Origin: Candidatus Woesearchaeota archaeon
GTDB taxonomy: Archaea; Nanobdellota; Nanobdellia; Woesearchaeales; JABIAG01
NCBI GenBank assembly: GCA_018653365.1
Contig: JABIAG010000001.1
Coordinates: 416,001 to 480,000 of the forward strand
Length of the DNA: 64,000 nucleotides
Direction: 5' to 3'
Below, piece by piece: positions 49,912-59,622 of the stretch; position 1 is the first letter of the stretch; each line of letters begins with the position of its first letter. The notes beneath the pieces are model-generated. The model had not been told where the DNA came from. It saw only the letters and a list, made by a program, of their open reading frames with translations, and ran no database searches. A program made the translations under genes and the position numbers.

Positions 49912-51468
49912 TTATTTCGTTTTTTTAGATGGTCTTAGATTAATAAAAGACCAAGGAAGTTTTCCTCTTATTTTAGTAAAGTATTTGTCGGTGTTTATTA
50001 AGTTTTCGATGTCTTTTCTTTTTGGATTAATTCCCAGAGCTGAATAAATCTTCTCTAAAAGCATTCCTTCTTTTTCAGACCCTCGTACAAGTATTGCTTC
50101 TAATAAAAGAAGTGTTTCATCCATATAATCAATTTTTATTTTTTTGAGAGCGCTTTTTATTTTATTTATATGTATTAAGTACTTGTCGACTTTTAATTGA
50201 GCATCACGTTCAAAATCAGTGTGGGGCTTTTTAATGTGACAGTTTATTGTAAGTTCAATCGTGGTTTTTTCTGAATTATTTGAATCCAAGATCTCTCGAG
50301 TTTTCTTTACCATTTTAATAATTTCTTGTCGATCTTTAGATGTTTCATTGGAAAATCCAATTATGAAAAAAAACTGAATAGTCTTATATTTATTTTTTGC
50401 TGCTAACCGTACACAATCATAAATTTGTTTATTTGTTATTTGTTTATTAATTTTATTTCGTAGATTTGCAGATGCAGTTTCTGGAGCGATGGTAAGCTTA
50501 TCGTTTTTAACGAACTTTAGTATGTCTTTCTTTTGAATTAAACGATCGGCCCTTTGTGATCCACTTTTAATAGAAAAGCCTAATTCTTTTAACTTTTCGT
50601 ATATTTTTTTGGCATTTGGATGATCACAAGATGATGGCGAAATTAACCTAATGTTTTTGCAAAATGAGATTTGTTTTTTAGCAATCTTTAGAATTTTATT
50701 TATTGAGCGCATTCTTGCTTCTTTGAAACTATGGCTTAAAATACAAAATTTGCAGTTATGTTGACATCCCCGTTGAATTTCAAGAAATAACGTATTTGGA
50801 AACTTTGAAAAAGGAGTGGTTATGTGTGAGGTTAAGTTAGTATTTAAGCTTGCAGTTTGTGCTTTTTTTACTTTGGTGTTGTATCCTGGTACGTAAACTC
50901 CTTGGACGGAACTAATCTTTTTTAGAAAATCGTGCTTTTTTAATTTGTTTTTATATGCTTTTAATATTTTTGGCAAAACGTCTTCAGCTTCTCCAATTAC
51001 AAATGCGTCAAAAATGTTTTTTAATGGTTCTGGGTTGTAGGTAGGACAAATCCCTCCTGCGATTAATATTGGAAAGCCACGTTTAGCTTTGTTTAGTTGA
51101 ATGCCAGATAAGTTAAGTAAATCTAATAACTTTAAATAATTGCCTTCATAGTTAAGACTGAAAAGAAGAAGTTCCATTTTATTTATTGGACTATTTGTTT
51201 CTTGTGTGAGAACAGGTATTTTACTTCTTTTGTGTAAATCTATCAAATCAGGATAATAAAACCGTTGACAAAAAAAGTCTTCATATTCATTAATCTTAAA
51301 GTAAATATATTGAAATCCAATTGTGTGTATGGCATATTTATATTCTGATGCAAATCCGAGTCCTATTTTAAATTGTGCTTTTGTTTTGTTTTTAAGATTT
51401 AGTGTGTTGCCCTTTTCTACTTGTAATAATTTCTTATTGTATTCTTTTATCTTAATTAAATCCGTCAT
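49912..51468 (-). CDS. Radical SAM protein with cobalamin-binding-like N-terminal domain (TIGR03960-like)
   Basis: EIQRGCQHNCKFC, AGG...YNPEP, IGEAE, TIAPET, FIIG...ET, KPHTDF. Confidence 0.82.
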   Translation of the reverse strand: MTDLIKIKEYNKKLLQVEKGNTLNLKNKTKAQFKIGLGFASEYKYAIHTIGFQYIYFKINEYEDFFCQRFYYPDLIDLHKRSKIPVLTQETNSPINKMELLLFSLNYEGNYLKLLDLLNLSGIQLNKAKRGFPILIAGGICPTYNPEPLKNIFDAFVIGEAEDVLPKILKAYKNKLKKHDFLKKISSVQGVYVPGYNTKVKKAQTASLNTNLTSHITTPFSKFPNTLFLEIQRGCQHNCKFCILSHSFKEARMRSINKILKIAKKQISFCKNIRLISPSSCDHPNAKKIYEKLKELGFSIKSGSQRADRLIQKKDILKFVKNDKLTIAPETASANLRNKINKQITNKQIYDCVRLAAKNKYKTIQFFFIIGFSNETSKDRQEIIKMVKKTREILDSNNSEKTTIELTINCHIKKPHTDFERDAQLKVDKYLIHINKIKSALKKIKIDYMDETLLLLEAILVRGSEKEGMLLEKIYSALGINPKRKDIENLINTDKYFTKIRGKLPWSFINLRPSKKTK

Positions 51469-52676
51469 TGAACTAATTCCTCAAAATTTGAAATTATGTT
51501 CTTAGTTTTTGTAAAAACAAACTCTCCATCAATCATTCTTTTACTTGGGATGTGTGGACCTGCAAAAATAAGATTTGAAAGGACATTTTTTATGGGATGA
51601 AGGTTTGGTTTGTTAATCTCAAAAAAGTTTAGATCTGCATATTTGCCTTCTTTAATGACTCCATTATTGAATCCTAATGTCTTTGCAGGATTTTTTGTAA
51701 TCATATTAAAAAGAGCTTTAGGACTTATGTTTGCAGAACGATTTAAAAGAAATGTAAATTTGCATGCTTCAAGAAGAGATGCAGAATCATTTGTAGCTAA
51801 TCCGTCAGTTCCAATACATATGTTAATTCCTTTTTTTTGCATTGTACTTATGTCTGGAAGGCCTGTGTTTAAACAGGCATTAGAGGTTGGACAAAGGGTT
51901 ACATTTGCTTTCTTATTAGCTATAGTTGTCAAATCTTTTAAAGAACAATGATTTAAATGTACCAGGTTTGTTTGTGCCCTGATTAATCCATATTTGTCAA
52001 GAAGTTCAATTTCTGTTAAATGCGTTTTGTTTATTGTTCTTTGCATTTGTTTCTTTGTTTCACCAACATGGATTGTTAACATTATCTTCTTGTTTTTTGT
52101 TAATATCTTTGATACTTGTTTTAATCTTTCTTCGTCTATTTTATCTAGTGAATGAATCCATAGGCCCACTTTTACTTTCTGTGTTTTGTTCTTTGTGAGA
52201 ACTTCTTCGTTTTGTAAGGTTTCTTCAAATAGATCATTTTTGTAATATTTAATTAGTTTTTTAGATTTCATTAAAGGATAACTTAGTAATCCGCGAAGGG
52301 GGGTTTTTTTCATTGCTTTCCATCCTCGTGCGCAACTAATGGTTGAAGTTCCAGTCTCAATTGATTCTGCTATTGATAATTGTGAAATGGTTGTATGTAC
52401 TTTTTCTTCGGATGAAGCAACGCTCTCAGTGTAGGAAAGGTATGCCTTTAACGAATCTCGGGGAGCAAACCCTCGATATATAGTTTCACCAAGATGAAAG
52501 TGAGCATTTACAAAACTCGGTGAGATTAAATACTTTTCTCCGTTTATTACTTGATCTGTTTTAGTTTGAGAAAGTTTACCTAACTTTTTTATTTTTCCTT
52601 TTTCAATTCGAATATCTGAGTTTACTAATTGGTTATTCTCATCTATATATGTCGCATTTTTTATTAGGTATGTCAT
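51465..52676 (-). CDS. Metal-dependent amidohydrolase (MTA/SAH/5'-deoxyadenosine deaminase-like)
   Basis: NAHFH, HVGET, VH, CPTSN, GTDG, T.NPAK.LG, EGKYADL. Confidence 0.85.
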   Translation of the reverse strand: MTYLIKNATYIDENNQLVNSDIRIEKGKIKKLGKLSQTKTDQVINGEKYLISPSFVNAHFHLGETIYRGFAPRDSLKAYLSYTESVASSEEKVHTTISQLSIAESIETGTSTISCARGWKAMKKTPLRGLLSYPLMKSKKLIKYYKNDLFEETLQNEEVLTKNKTQKVKVGLWIHSLDKIDEERLKQVSKILTKNKKIMLTIHVGETKKQMQRTINKTHLTEIELLDKYGLIRAQTNLVHLNHCSLKDLTTIANKKANVTLCPTSNACLNTGLPDISTMQKKGINICIGTDGLATNDSASLLEACKFTFLLNRSANISPKALFNMITKNPAKTLGFNNGVIKEGKYADLNFFEINKPNLHPIKNVLSNLIFAGPHIPSKRMIDGEFVFTKTKNIISNFEELVQ

Positions 52677-53740
52677 TTTGCTTTAATTATTAGGGTGCAT
52701 AAATAATCTTCATGAACTAATTTCTTTTTTGGTATTTTTTTTATGTTTATATCTGCTAAGGGATTCTTTTTTATTTTTGCAAGTTTGTAACAAAGTGAAT
52801 CTGGAGCATCAAAAGTTTTACTTTTGAAATAAGCTCGACTGGCACATCCACCTTTACAAATCGTATAATGTTCACAGTCAGTGCAAAAATCAAGTTTTCT
52901 ATTATTGAATTCAATAAAACTTTTCGTGTTGGCAAGGTCTTTTTCGTGTCCTGCAATAATTGGATCTTGGATTGTATTCTTTGTTAGATAAACACAGGGG
53001 ACTATAGTTTTTTTTGGAGTTATTCTAAAGGATCTCTTTCCGCACGGACAACCATCTGCTTTAATATTTAAAAGAGCAGCTAAATAAGGATCTGGAACTG
53101 CGATTAAATTACTTCGTTCTAATAAATATCTAAATGCTTGGTGTGCTTTTTTTGGTGTTAAACTAAGTGATTTGTTAGTTGCACCTCTTCCTGTTGGTCT
53201 AAACAGGTTAATTCTTAAGTTACAATTATATTTTTTAGATAATGTAAGAAAGCCATCTAATATGCGTTTAGTGGTGTTTTTAGATGTGAAACATATAACT
53301 ATGCTAAATGGAATTTTGTATTGTTTTAATAAGTCCAAAGCATCAATTGCGTCATCCCAAGCGGTGTTACTTCCTCTAAACCAATTATGCTTTTTTTTGT
53401 TTGGAAAGTCGAGCGAAACATCAACATCATTCATATATTTTTTAACTAAGCTTATTGTTTCTTTATTAACACTCCATCCATTTGTAGTAATCCCTTGTTT
53501 TATGCCTTTAAGATGCGCATATTTGACAATCTCCCAAAAGTCTTTCTTTAATCCACATTCGCCTGTACCATAATTTAACGAACGAACATTTAATTCAGAT
53601 AACCAATTAATAACCTTCTTAGCTTCAGAAGTGTTAATTTCATCAATGCTCTTTTTAGCGGAAGAGTTATAACAATGTAAACAGCTTAAATTACAAGCAT
53701 TGGTTAATCCCCATCCCACGCTCCAATTGGTTTTTTTCAT
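52673..53740 (-). CDS. Radical SAM/SPASM domain protein
   Basis: CNLSCLHC, GTGE, TTNG, VSLD; SPASM cysteines CPCG...VPC...CTDC.....CKGGC...C. Confidence 0.9.
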   Translation of the reverse strand: MKKTNWSVGWGLTNACNLSCLHCYNSSAKKSIDEINTSEAKKVINWLSELNVRSLNYGTGECGLKKDFWEIVKYAHLKGIKQGITTNGWSVNKETISLVKKYMNDVDVSLDFPNKKKHNWFRGSNTAWDDAIDALDLLKQYKIPFSIVICFTSKNTTKRILDGFLTLSKKYNCNLRINLFRPTGRGATNKSLSLTPKKAHQAFRYLLERSNLIAVPDPYLAALLNIKADGCPCGKRSFRITPKKTIVPCVYLTKNTIQDPIIAGHEKDLANTKSFIEFNNRKLDFCTDCEHYTICKGGCASRAYFKSKTFDAPDSLCYKLAKIKKNPLADINIKKIPKKKLVHEDYLCTLIIKAK

Positions 53741-53779
53741 AGGTTAGAATTCTTTGATAAAATATATAAATGTTGTTGT

Positions 53780-53932
53780 TCACTTTAATTTAGGCATGAT
53801 GAAGTGAGCATATACTGCTGCTATAACAATAACTAACCAGAATAATAGTGTGTTGATCTTCTGAAAAGCAAATAATGCAATATTAGCTATAACAATAACA
53901 ATCACCATAATAGAAATAACTTTCTTTATCAT
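53780..53932 (-). CDS. Small two-TM membrane protein (50 aa); not in the ORF track
   Basis: Manual translation: MIKKVISIMVIVIVIANIALFAFQKINTLLFWLVIVIAAVYAHFIMPKLK*. Confidence 0.55.
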   Translation of the reverse strand: MIKKVISIMVIVIVIANIALFAFQKINTLLFWLVIVIAAVYAHFIMPKLK

Positions 53933-53956
53933 AATCAGGGAGTATTTTGTTACTAT

Positions 53957-55666
53957 TTAATTCTTTTCATTACACGCCCTAATAAAACCTAAAAATAGTG
54001 GTGCGGGATCACTTAATCTTGATTTGAATTCGGGATGTGCTTGAGTAGCCATGAAAAACTTATGATCTGGAAGTTCAATAAACTCCATTAGTTTTGTACC
54101 ATCCTCTCTGATGTGATGTCCTGAAAAACAAATACCCTTTTGTACTAAATTAGGAATGAATTTCGGGTTAACCTCATAACGATGACGGTGACGTTCTAAA
54201 ATTACGTTCTCACTTTCTAACTTACCTAATCTAAATTCCTCTTTTAATTCTAATACTTGTTGTTTGTCCGTTTCTAATCTTCCAGTTTCTTTGTAAAGCT
54301 GAAATGTTTTTGAAGAGGGGTTTAAAATAGCAGCATACGCTCCCAATCTCATTGTGCCCCCTTTTTCAGTTACCTCTTTTTGAGAATCAAGAATATCAAT
54401 AATTGGATAGGGAGTTTTATTGTTGACCTCCATAGTATTAGCAAATTGTAAACCGCAAACATTTCGGGCATATTCAATTAAGGCTAATTGCATACCATAA
54501 CATAATCCAAGAAAGGGAATGTTGTTTTCTCTAGCAACCTGGATAGCTCTGATCTTACCCTCAACACCGCTACTACCAAATCCGCCAGGAATAAGAATTC
54601 CATCATATTCTTTTAAATCATTTTCATCAAATGTTTTAGCATCAACCCATTCAATGTCAACACCAACATTCAAGTGCGCACCCGCATGTTGTAGTGCTTG
54701 GCTAATTGAATAATACGAGTCTTTTAGTGTGAACTTACCTACATTTAGATATTTGCCCACCATAGCAATTTTAACCTGATCTTTTGGATTGGTTATCTTA
54801 TTTACTAAATCTCTCCACTCACTCCAATCTGGTTTAGTTTTAGGCATTAAATGAAGCTTTTCTAAAACTTTCAAATCAAGATTTTCCTCATCCAAATTTA
54901 ACGGAATAACATATAGTGTATTGGCGGTTCCCTTACCAATCACATCAGGCATGGAAATAACATCTTCGGGATTAAGATTGCTGTAATCACTAATCTTCTT
55001 TTTTCTTATTGCATCAAGAGTTGTCTGTCCACGACAAAAAACAAGATCTGGCCGGATTCCTGCCTCTCTTAACATTCGAATTGCTAATTGTGTGGGTTTT
55101 GTTTTCATCTCTTCAATGTGAGAAGGGACTGGAAGATAACTAACTAAAACATAAATAATATTTTCTTTACCAATATCCTTTTCTAAGCTACTCATGGCAT
55201 TTAGAAATGGAATGTTTTCATAATCTCCAACTGTGCCCCCAATTTCAATCATAGCAATATCAAAATCTTTAGAAGCAACTTTGACCCTTCTTTTTATTTC
55301 ATCAGGAACATGAGGAATAGCTTGAACTGTCTCACCTAAAAAATCTCCCTTTCTTTCTTTATCAATTAAAGTTTTATAAATTTGTCCAGAAGTAATATTA
55401 TTTTCTTTAGGAATGCCTATGCCCAGAAAACGTTCATAATTACCTAGATCCTGATCAATTTCTCCACCATTATCAGTAACCCAAACCTCTCCGTGTTCAG
55501 TAGGCCGCATAGTGCCTGCATCACAATTCAAATAAGGATCTATCTTAAGGGCAGTAACAGAAAAACCATGCTTTTGAAGCATTTTACCCATAGAAGCAGT
55601 AGCAACACCTTTACCAACCCCGCTAATCACTCCCCCAACAACTACAATATATTTTGTCATGTTCAC
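53957..55666 (-). CDS. pyrG: CTP synthase
   Basis: GGVISGVGKG, KIDPYLN, HGEV, EIGGTVGD, KTKPTQ, GLCYGMQ, ERHRHRYE, QAHPE. Confidence 0.97.
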   Translation of the reverse strand: MNMTKYIVVVGGVISGVGKGVATASMGKMLQKHGFSVTALKIDPYLNCDAGTMRPTEHGEVWVTDNGGEIDQDLGNYERFLGIGIPKENNITSGQIYKTLIDKERKGDFLGETVQAIPHVPDEIKRRVKVASKDFDIAMIEIGGTVGDYENIPFLNAMSSLEKDIGKENIIYVLVSYLPVPSHIEEMKTKPTQLAIRMLREAGIRPDLVFCRGQTTLDAIRKKKISDYSNLNPEDVISMPDVIGKGTANTLYVIPLNLDEENLDLKVLEKLHLMPKTKPDWSEWRDLVNKITNPKDQVKIAMVGKYLNVGKFTLKDSYYSISQALQHAGAHLNVGVDIEWVDAKTFDENDLKEYDGILIPGGFGSSGVEGKIRAIQVARENNIPFLGLCYGMQLALIEYARNVCGLQFANTMEVNNKTPYPIIDILDSQKEVTEKGGTMRLGAYAAILNPSSKTFQLYKETGRLETDKQQVLELKEEFRLGKLESENVILERHRHRYEVNPKFIPNLVQKGICFSGHHIREDGTKLMEFIELPDHKFFMATQAHPEFKSRLSDPAPLFLGFIRACNEKN

Positions 55667-55761
55667 CCCTATTTCTTACTTTCTTAGAATCTTTAAAATG
55701 TTTATGAAACTAAAACACTCACTTTAGCAAACTTTTTAAACCCAACAAAAGTCCGTAGTTT

Positions 55762-56811
55762 ATGAAAGAAATAATTTGTTCTGCACCTGGAAGAATGGCA
55801 TTAGTTGGAAACCCATTTGATATTTATGGGGGTATGACTATTTCTATGACCCTAAAAGATTTACGAAGCATAGTGCATGTTAAAAAAGCAGAAGAACAAA
55901 TAATTCATTCAGATATTTTCAGACCTGGAAATCAAAGAACTTCACAACGAAGACAATTAGAACTAGCAACAATAGAAACATTAGACTTGCAACATCACAA
56001 ATTCGAATATTATGACGGTTCCAATATGCCTTATGAATCCGCACTGGCACGTTCAACCGCAGTAGTTGTAGCAATGATAAGAGCATTCAGCAAGCTATTT
56101 GGAAGAGGAGTAGTAGATAATTATGAGTTAGCAGAACAAGCATGGGCAACAGAACGAAAATTAGGGGTTTGTGGCGGACAAGAAAGATATGCAATTGCTT
56201 TTGATTATGAAGAACTATCCCAAGAAGAATCAATTCATTTATTGGCAGATATAAAAGCAGGAAAGAAAAAGTTAAGCACACGACCCGGAAAATTATTCTT
56301 TATGGACTTTAAAGGAAGAGAAGATCATTATTTTAACGGACATAATTATGCTAAGATTGAAGAACTGCCTTTGCCTGAAGTAAACTTTGCAATAGCATTC
56401 CAACCTGAGGGTGCAAGATTAAACTCGTTTAGTGTTCACCAAAAACTAAGAGAAAAATATGTTAGTGGGGGAAAAGAGTTAATTGATGGACTAAGAGACC
56501 GATCAAATACAATAGTAAAAAAAGCATATGAAAATTTTGTTAATGGATTTGATGTTAATATTCTTGGGGAGTGTATGAAAGACTCATTAAAGATAAGAAT
56601 GGCAATGCAAGACTTATTGTTGGCAGATGAATTAAAAGGACAACCTCTCTGTGAAGAAACACTTAAAATGATTGCAGTGGCAGAAGAGTTAAACTTAATA
56701 GGTTATAATCAACCAGGATCAAAATCACTTTGTTTTATTTATGCCAAGGAAGAAGATATAAAAGCATTTGTTGATAAGGGATATCAGGTTATTAAAGTAT
56801 GCAATTCTTAA
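55762..56811 (+). CDS. Divergent GHMP-family kinase (glucuronokinase/galactokinase-like)
   Basis: SAPGRMALVGNPFD..GG (motif 1); degenerate motif 2 PYESALARSTA; ERKLGVCGGQERY. Confidence 0.65.
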   Translation: MKEIICSAPGRMALVGNPFDIYGGMTISMTLKDLRSIVHVKKAEEQIIHSDIFRPGNQRTSQRRQLELATIETLDLQHHKFEYYDGSNMPYESALARSTAVVVAMIRAFSKLFGRGVVDNYELAEQAWATERKLGVCGGQERYAIAFDYEELSQEESIHLLADIKAGKKKLSTRPGKLFFMDFKGREDHYFNGHNYAKIEELPLPEVNFAIAFQPEGARLNSFSVHQKLREKYVSGGKELIDGLRDRSNTIVKKAYENFVNGFDVNILGECMKDSLKIRMAMQDLLLADELKGQPLCEETLKMIAVAEELNLIGYNQPGSKSLCFIYAKEEDIKAFVDKGYQVIKVCNS

Positions 56812-56871
56812 GTAATTATTCAGGAAAAACTAAGGAAAAGTTTTTAAAGGTTAAAATTTAGGAATATTTAC

Positions 56872-56955
56872 GGGCTTATGGTCTAGCGGTATGACGTCGC
56901 CTCGACAATGCATTCGAAGTGGCGGAAGTCCCCGGTTCAAATCCGGGTAGGCCCA
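56872..56955 (+). tRNA. tRNA-Val(GAC) with a 12-nt canonical intron (56908-56919)
   Basis: Acceptor GGGCTTA/TAGGCCC+A; stem TCGCC/GGCGG; loop TC-GAC-A|intron|T; central helix TCGA/TCGA; T arm CCCGG-TTCAAAT-CCGGG; AAAAGTTTTTAAA promoter. Confidence 0.9.
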
Positions 56956-57013
56956 TGAAATGCTCAAGAACAAAAGTTTTTGACGCCCATAAACGGGAGA
57001 GTGAGGTGAATAT

Positions 57014-58102
57014 TTGAAAAGCAATAATCAGAAACATAGACTGATTTTTTTCTATGCAACGTTTTTCGTATTAATACTGCTCTCAATTTATTTTCTTCTA
57101 CCATTCTTCAAATCAGTGCTAATAGCAATGATTCTAGCATTTATATTTCGTCCAGCATACAAGTGGTTAAGTAAAAAAACCAAAAAAGAGAGACTGTCTG
57201 CAGTGTTGATAACAATATTGGTGTTGTTGATAATCCTTGTACCCTTCGGATTTGTTATAAATGAAGTAATAAAAGAATCAACAGTAACTTTTGTATCACT
57301 AAAACAAAAACTTGCTGCCCCTCAAACATGTAGTGAACAAGATAGTAGAGTTTGTACCCTTTGGAATTCGGCAAGAGGATTACTGGCTGAACCAAGAATA
57401 AAATTTTATATAACTGATTCCTTAGAAAAAGGAACATCATTCATAACAGAAAAATTATCTGCATTTGTAGTCTCAATACCTCAATTAATCTTGGGTATAT
57501 TTATTACAATAATCTCCTTCTTTTATTTTTTGAAAGATGGTGATAAATTCTTAAAAAAAGTAAATGCAATACTGCCCTTGAAAAAAGCTAATCGAAACTT
57601 ATTGTATGACAAGTTTGTTAACATAAGTAAAGCAATAGTATTTGGATATTTTATAACTGCGTTAATTCAGGGAGCAACAGCACTAGTTGGATTTTATATT
57701 GTAAACATATTCTTTTCAGCAACAGGAATTCCAACAATTGGTACACCTTTACTCTGGGCAGCAGTTCTAGCACTATTCTCAATGATACCTGTATTAGGTT
57801 CAGCCTTTGTATGGGTGCCGTTATCTGCAGCAATACTTATTGAGGGTTACTTTCAAAATAATTCAAAAATAGTATGGGGGGGAATATTCTTATTTTTCTA
57901 TGGTTTGATACTAATATCTCAAATAGATAATGTAATTCGACCAATAATCTCTGGAAGAAGAGCACACATACACCCTTTAGTAATCTTCTTAGGTATATTT
58001 GGAGGACTAGTAACCTTTGGAGTAATTGGAATCGTAATCGGACCAATTTTGCTAGCATTATTACTTATTTACATAAAGTTATACGAGGAAGGAAATTTAT
58101 GA
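57014..58102 (+). CDS. AI-2E family (PerM/UPF0118) membrane transporter
   Basis: LAFIFRP.Y, YFLKDG, IPVLGS, IDNVIRP, IHPL, GGL..FG..G.VIGP; GAGGTGA site before a TTG start. Confidence 0.9.
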   Translation: MKSNNQKHRLIFFYATFFVLILLSIYFLLPFFKSVLIAMILAFIFRPAYKWLSKKTKKERLSAVLITILVLLIILVPFGFVINEVIKESTVTFVSLKQKLAAPQTCSEQDSRVCTLWNSARGLLAEPRIKFYITDSLEKGTSFITEKLSAFVVSIPQLILGIFITIISFFYFLKDGDKFLKKVNAILPLKKANRNLLYDKFVNISKAIVFGYFITALIQGATALVGFYIVNIFFSATGIPTIGTPLLWAAVLALFSMIPVLGSAFVWVPLSAAILIEGYFQNNSKIVWGGIFLFFYGLILISQIDNVIRPIISGRRAHIHPLVIFLGIFGGLVTFGVIGIVIGPILLALLLIYIKLYEEGNL

Positions 58103-59592
58103 ATTTTAAAGTAAAAGACCTTGATATTGCATCTGGCGGAATCATGGTTGTGGTTGTAAACCAAGAAGACGCAATAAATTTAGACTTACACCATGGAGAT
58201 AGGGTTGGAATAATCTATGGTAAAAAGCACGCACATGTAATAATAGATATTGCAGAAAGCAAAAAAACAATACCTCTGGGAGAAATCGGATTATTTGAAG
58301 AAGTTTTAGATCATTTAGGAGTTAAGAAAGGAAAGAAAGTTAAACTTGTATTAGAAGAAAAACCAATTTCAGTACACTATATTAAAGAAAAATTAAAAGG
58401 AAAAAAATTAGAAGCATATAAAATTCACGAAATTGTCAAAGATATAGTTGCAGGGAGACTATCTAACATTGAACTAACCTATTTTGTAGCTGGAAGTTTT
58501 GCTCGTAAATTAAGTTCTAAAGAAACAGTAGCATTAACTAAAGCAATGATAGATACTGGAGAAACATTAAAAGTTAGAAGTAAAATTATTGTAGATAAAC
58601 ATTGTACTGGCGGAGTTGCAGGAAATAGAACAACAATGATTGTTGTCCCAATAATTGCTGCTGCGGGTCTGAAAATGCCAAAGACTAGTTCTAGAGCAAT
58701 AACCTCTCCTGCAGGAACTGCAGATACCATGGAAGTGTTAACCCCTGTTAACACCTCTAAAGAAAGAATGGAAAAAATTGTAAGTAATATAAATGGATGT
58801 ATAATGTGGGGAGGAGCAATGAATTTAGCCCCTGCAGATGATAAAATTATCAAAGTTGAACGTCCATTACGAATAGACGCAGAAGGACAAATGCTTGCTT
58901 CTATATTAGCAAAGAAAGGAAGTGTGGGAGCAACACATGTATTGATAGACATTCCAATTGGAAAAGAAACTAAAATTCATAATCTACGTAAAGCGAAACA
59001 TCTGGGGAAAAGGTTTGTTGACATTGGGAAAAAGTTGGGAATGAAAGTTAACTATATGACCAGCAATGGAAACGAACCAATTGGAAATGGAATCGGGCCT
59101 GCTCTAGAAGCAAAAGATGTTCTAAAAGTATTACAACGATCTGATTCAAGACCATTCGATTTGGAAAGGAAGTCTGTAATGATGGCGGGTCGCATTTTAG
59201 AAATGGCTGGAAAATGTAACAAAGGAAAAGGAATAGAATTAGCACAATCAATCCTAGATTCTGGAAAAGCAGGACAAAAAATGAAAGAAATTATCAAAGC
59301 ACAAGGCGGCAAAATTGTGAAATCTTCAGATATTAGAGTTGGTCGGGAAACTTATGATTTAGTTGCTGACAAATCTGGAAAGATAAAAGATATTGAAAAT
59401 CACATAATTTCAAATGTAGCACGATTTGCTGGAGCTCCAGCAGACAAAGGGGCAGGGTTATACTTACACGTACATGAAGGCGATAAAGTTAAGAAAGGAG
59501 ATAAAATATTAACAATACATGCAGATAGCAAAGAGAAGTTGAAGTTTGCAAAAAAAGTATTATTTTCAAATAAAGGAGTACTGATTAAATAA
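58099..59592 (+). CDS. deoA: AMP phosphorylase (archaeal thymidine phosphorylase family)
   Basis: Extra N-terminal domain, DKHCTGGVAGNRTT, PKTSSRAITSPAGTAD.ME, IGNGIGPALEA, AGAP.DKGAG. Confidence 0.92.
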   Translation: MNFKVKDLDIASGGIMVVVVNQEDAINLDLHHGDRVGIIYGKKHAHVIIDIAESKKTIPLGEIGLFEEVLDHLGVKKGKKVKLVLEEKPISVHYIKEKLKGKKLEAYKIHEIVKDIVAGRLSNIELTYFVAGSFARKLSSKETVALTKAMIDTGETLKVRSKIIVDKHCTGGVAGNRTTMIVVPIIAAAGLKMPKTSSRAITSPAGTADTMEVLTPVNTSKERMEKIVSNINGCIMWGGAMNLAPADDKIIKVERPLRIDAEGQMLASILAKKGSVGATHVLIDIPIGKETKIHNLRKAKHLGKRFVDIGKKLGMKVNYMTSNGNEPIGNGIGPALEAKDVLKVLQRSDSRPFDLERKSVMMAGRILEMAGKCNKGKGIELAQSILDSGKAGQKMKEIIKAQGGKIVKSSDIRVGRETYDLVADKSGKIKDIENHIISNVARFAGAPADKGAGLYLHVHEGDKVKKGDKILTIHADSKEKLKFAKKVLFSNKGVLIK

Positions 59593-59622
59593 GAATAATA
59601 TTTAAATAGGAAGGGTTCTAGA

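Noticed and set aside
52673-53740. Prokaryotic viperin
   Set aside because: It has a SPASM Cys array and lacks recognisable viperin motifs; only the kinase neighbourhood is reminiscent.
53780-53932. RiPP precursor for the adjacent SPASM enzyme
   Set aside because: The peptide is a hydrophobic two-TM protein with no leader/core pattern, and the SPASM gene has its own TATA between them.
47415-56955. Integrated provirus or integrative element between tRNA-Thr and tRNA-Val
   Set aside because: No integrase, att repeat or viral genes, and the interval contains the housekeeping gene pyrG.
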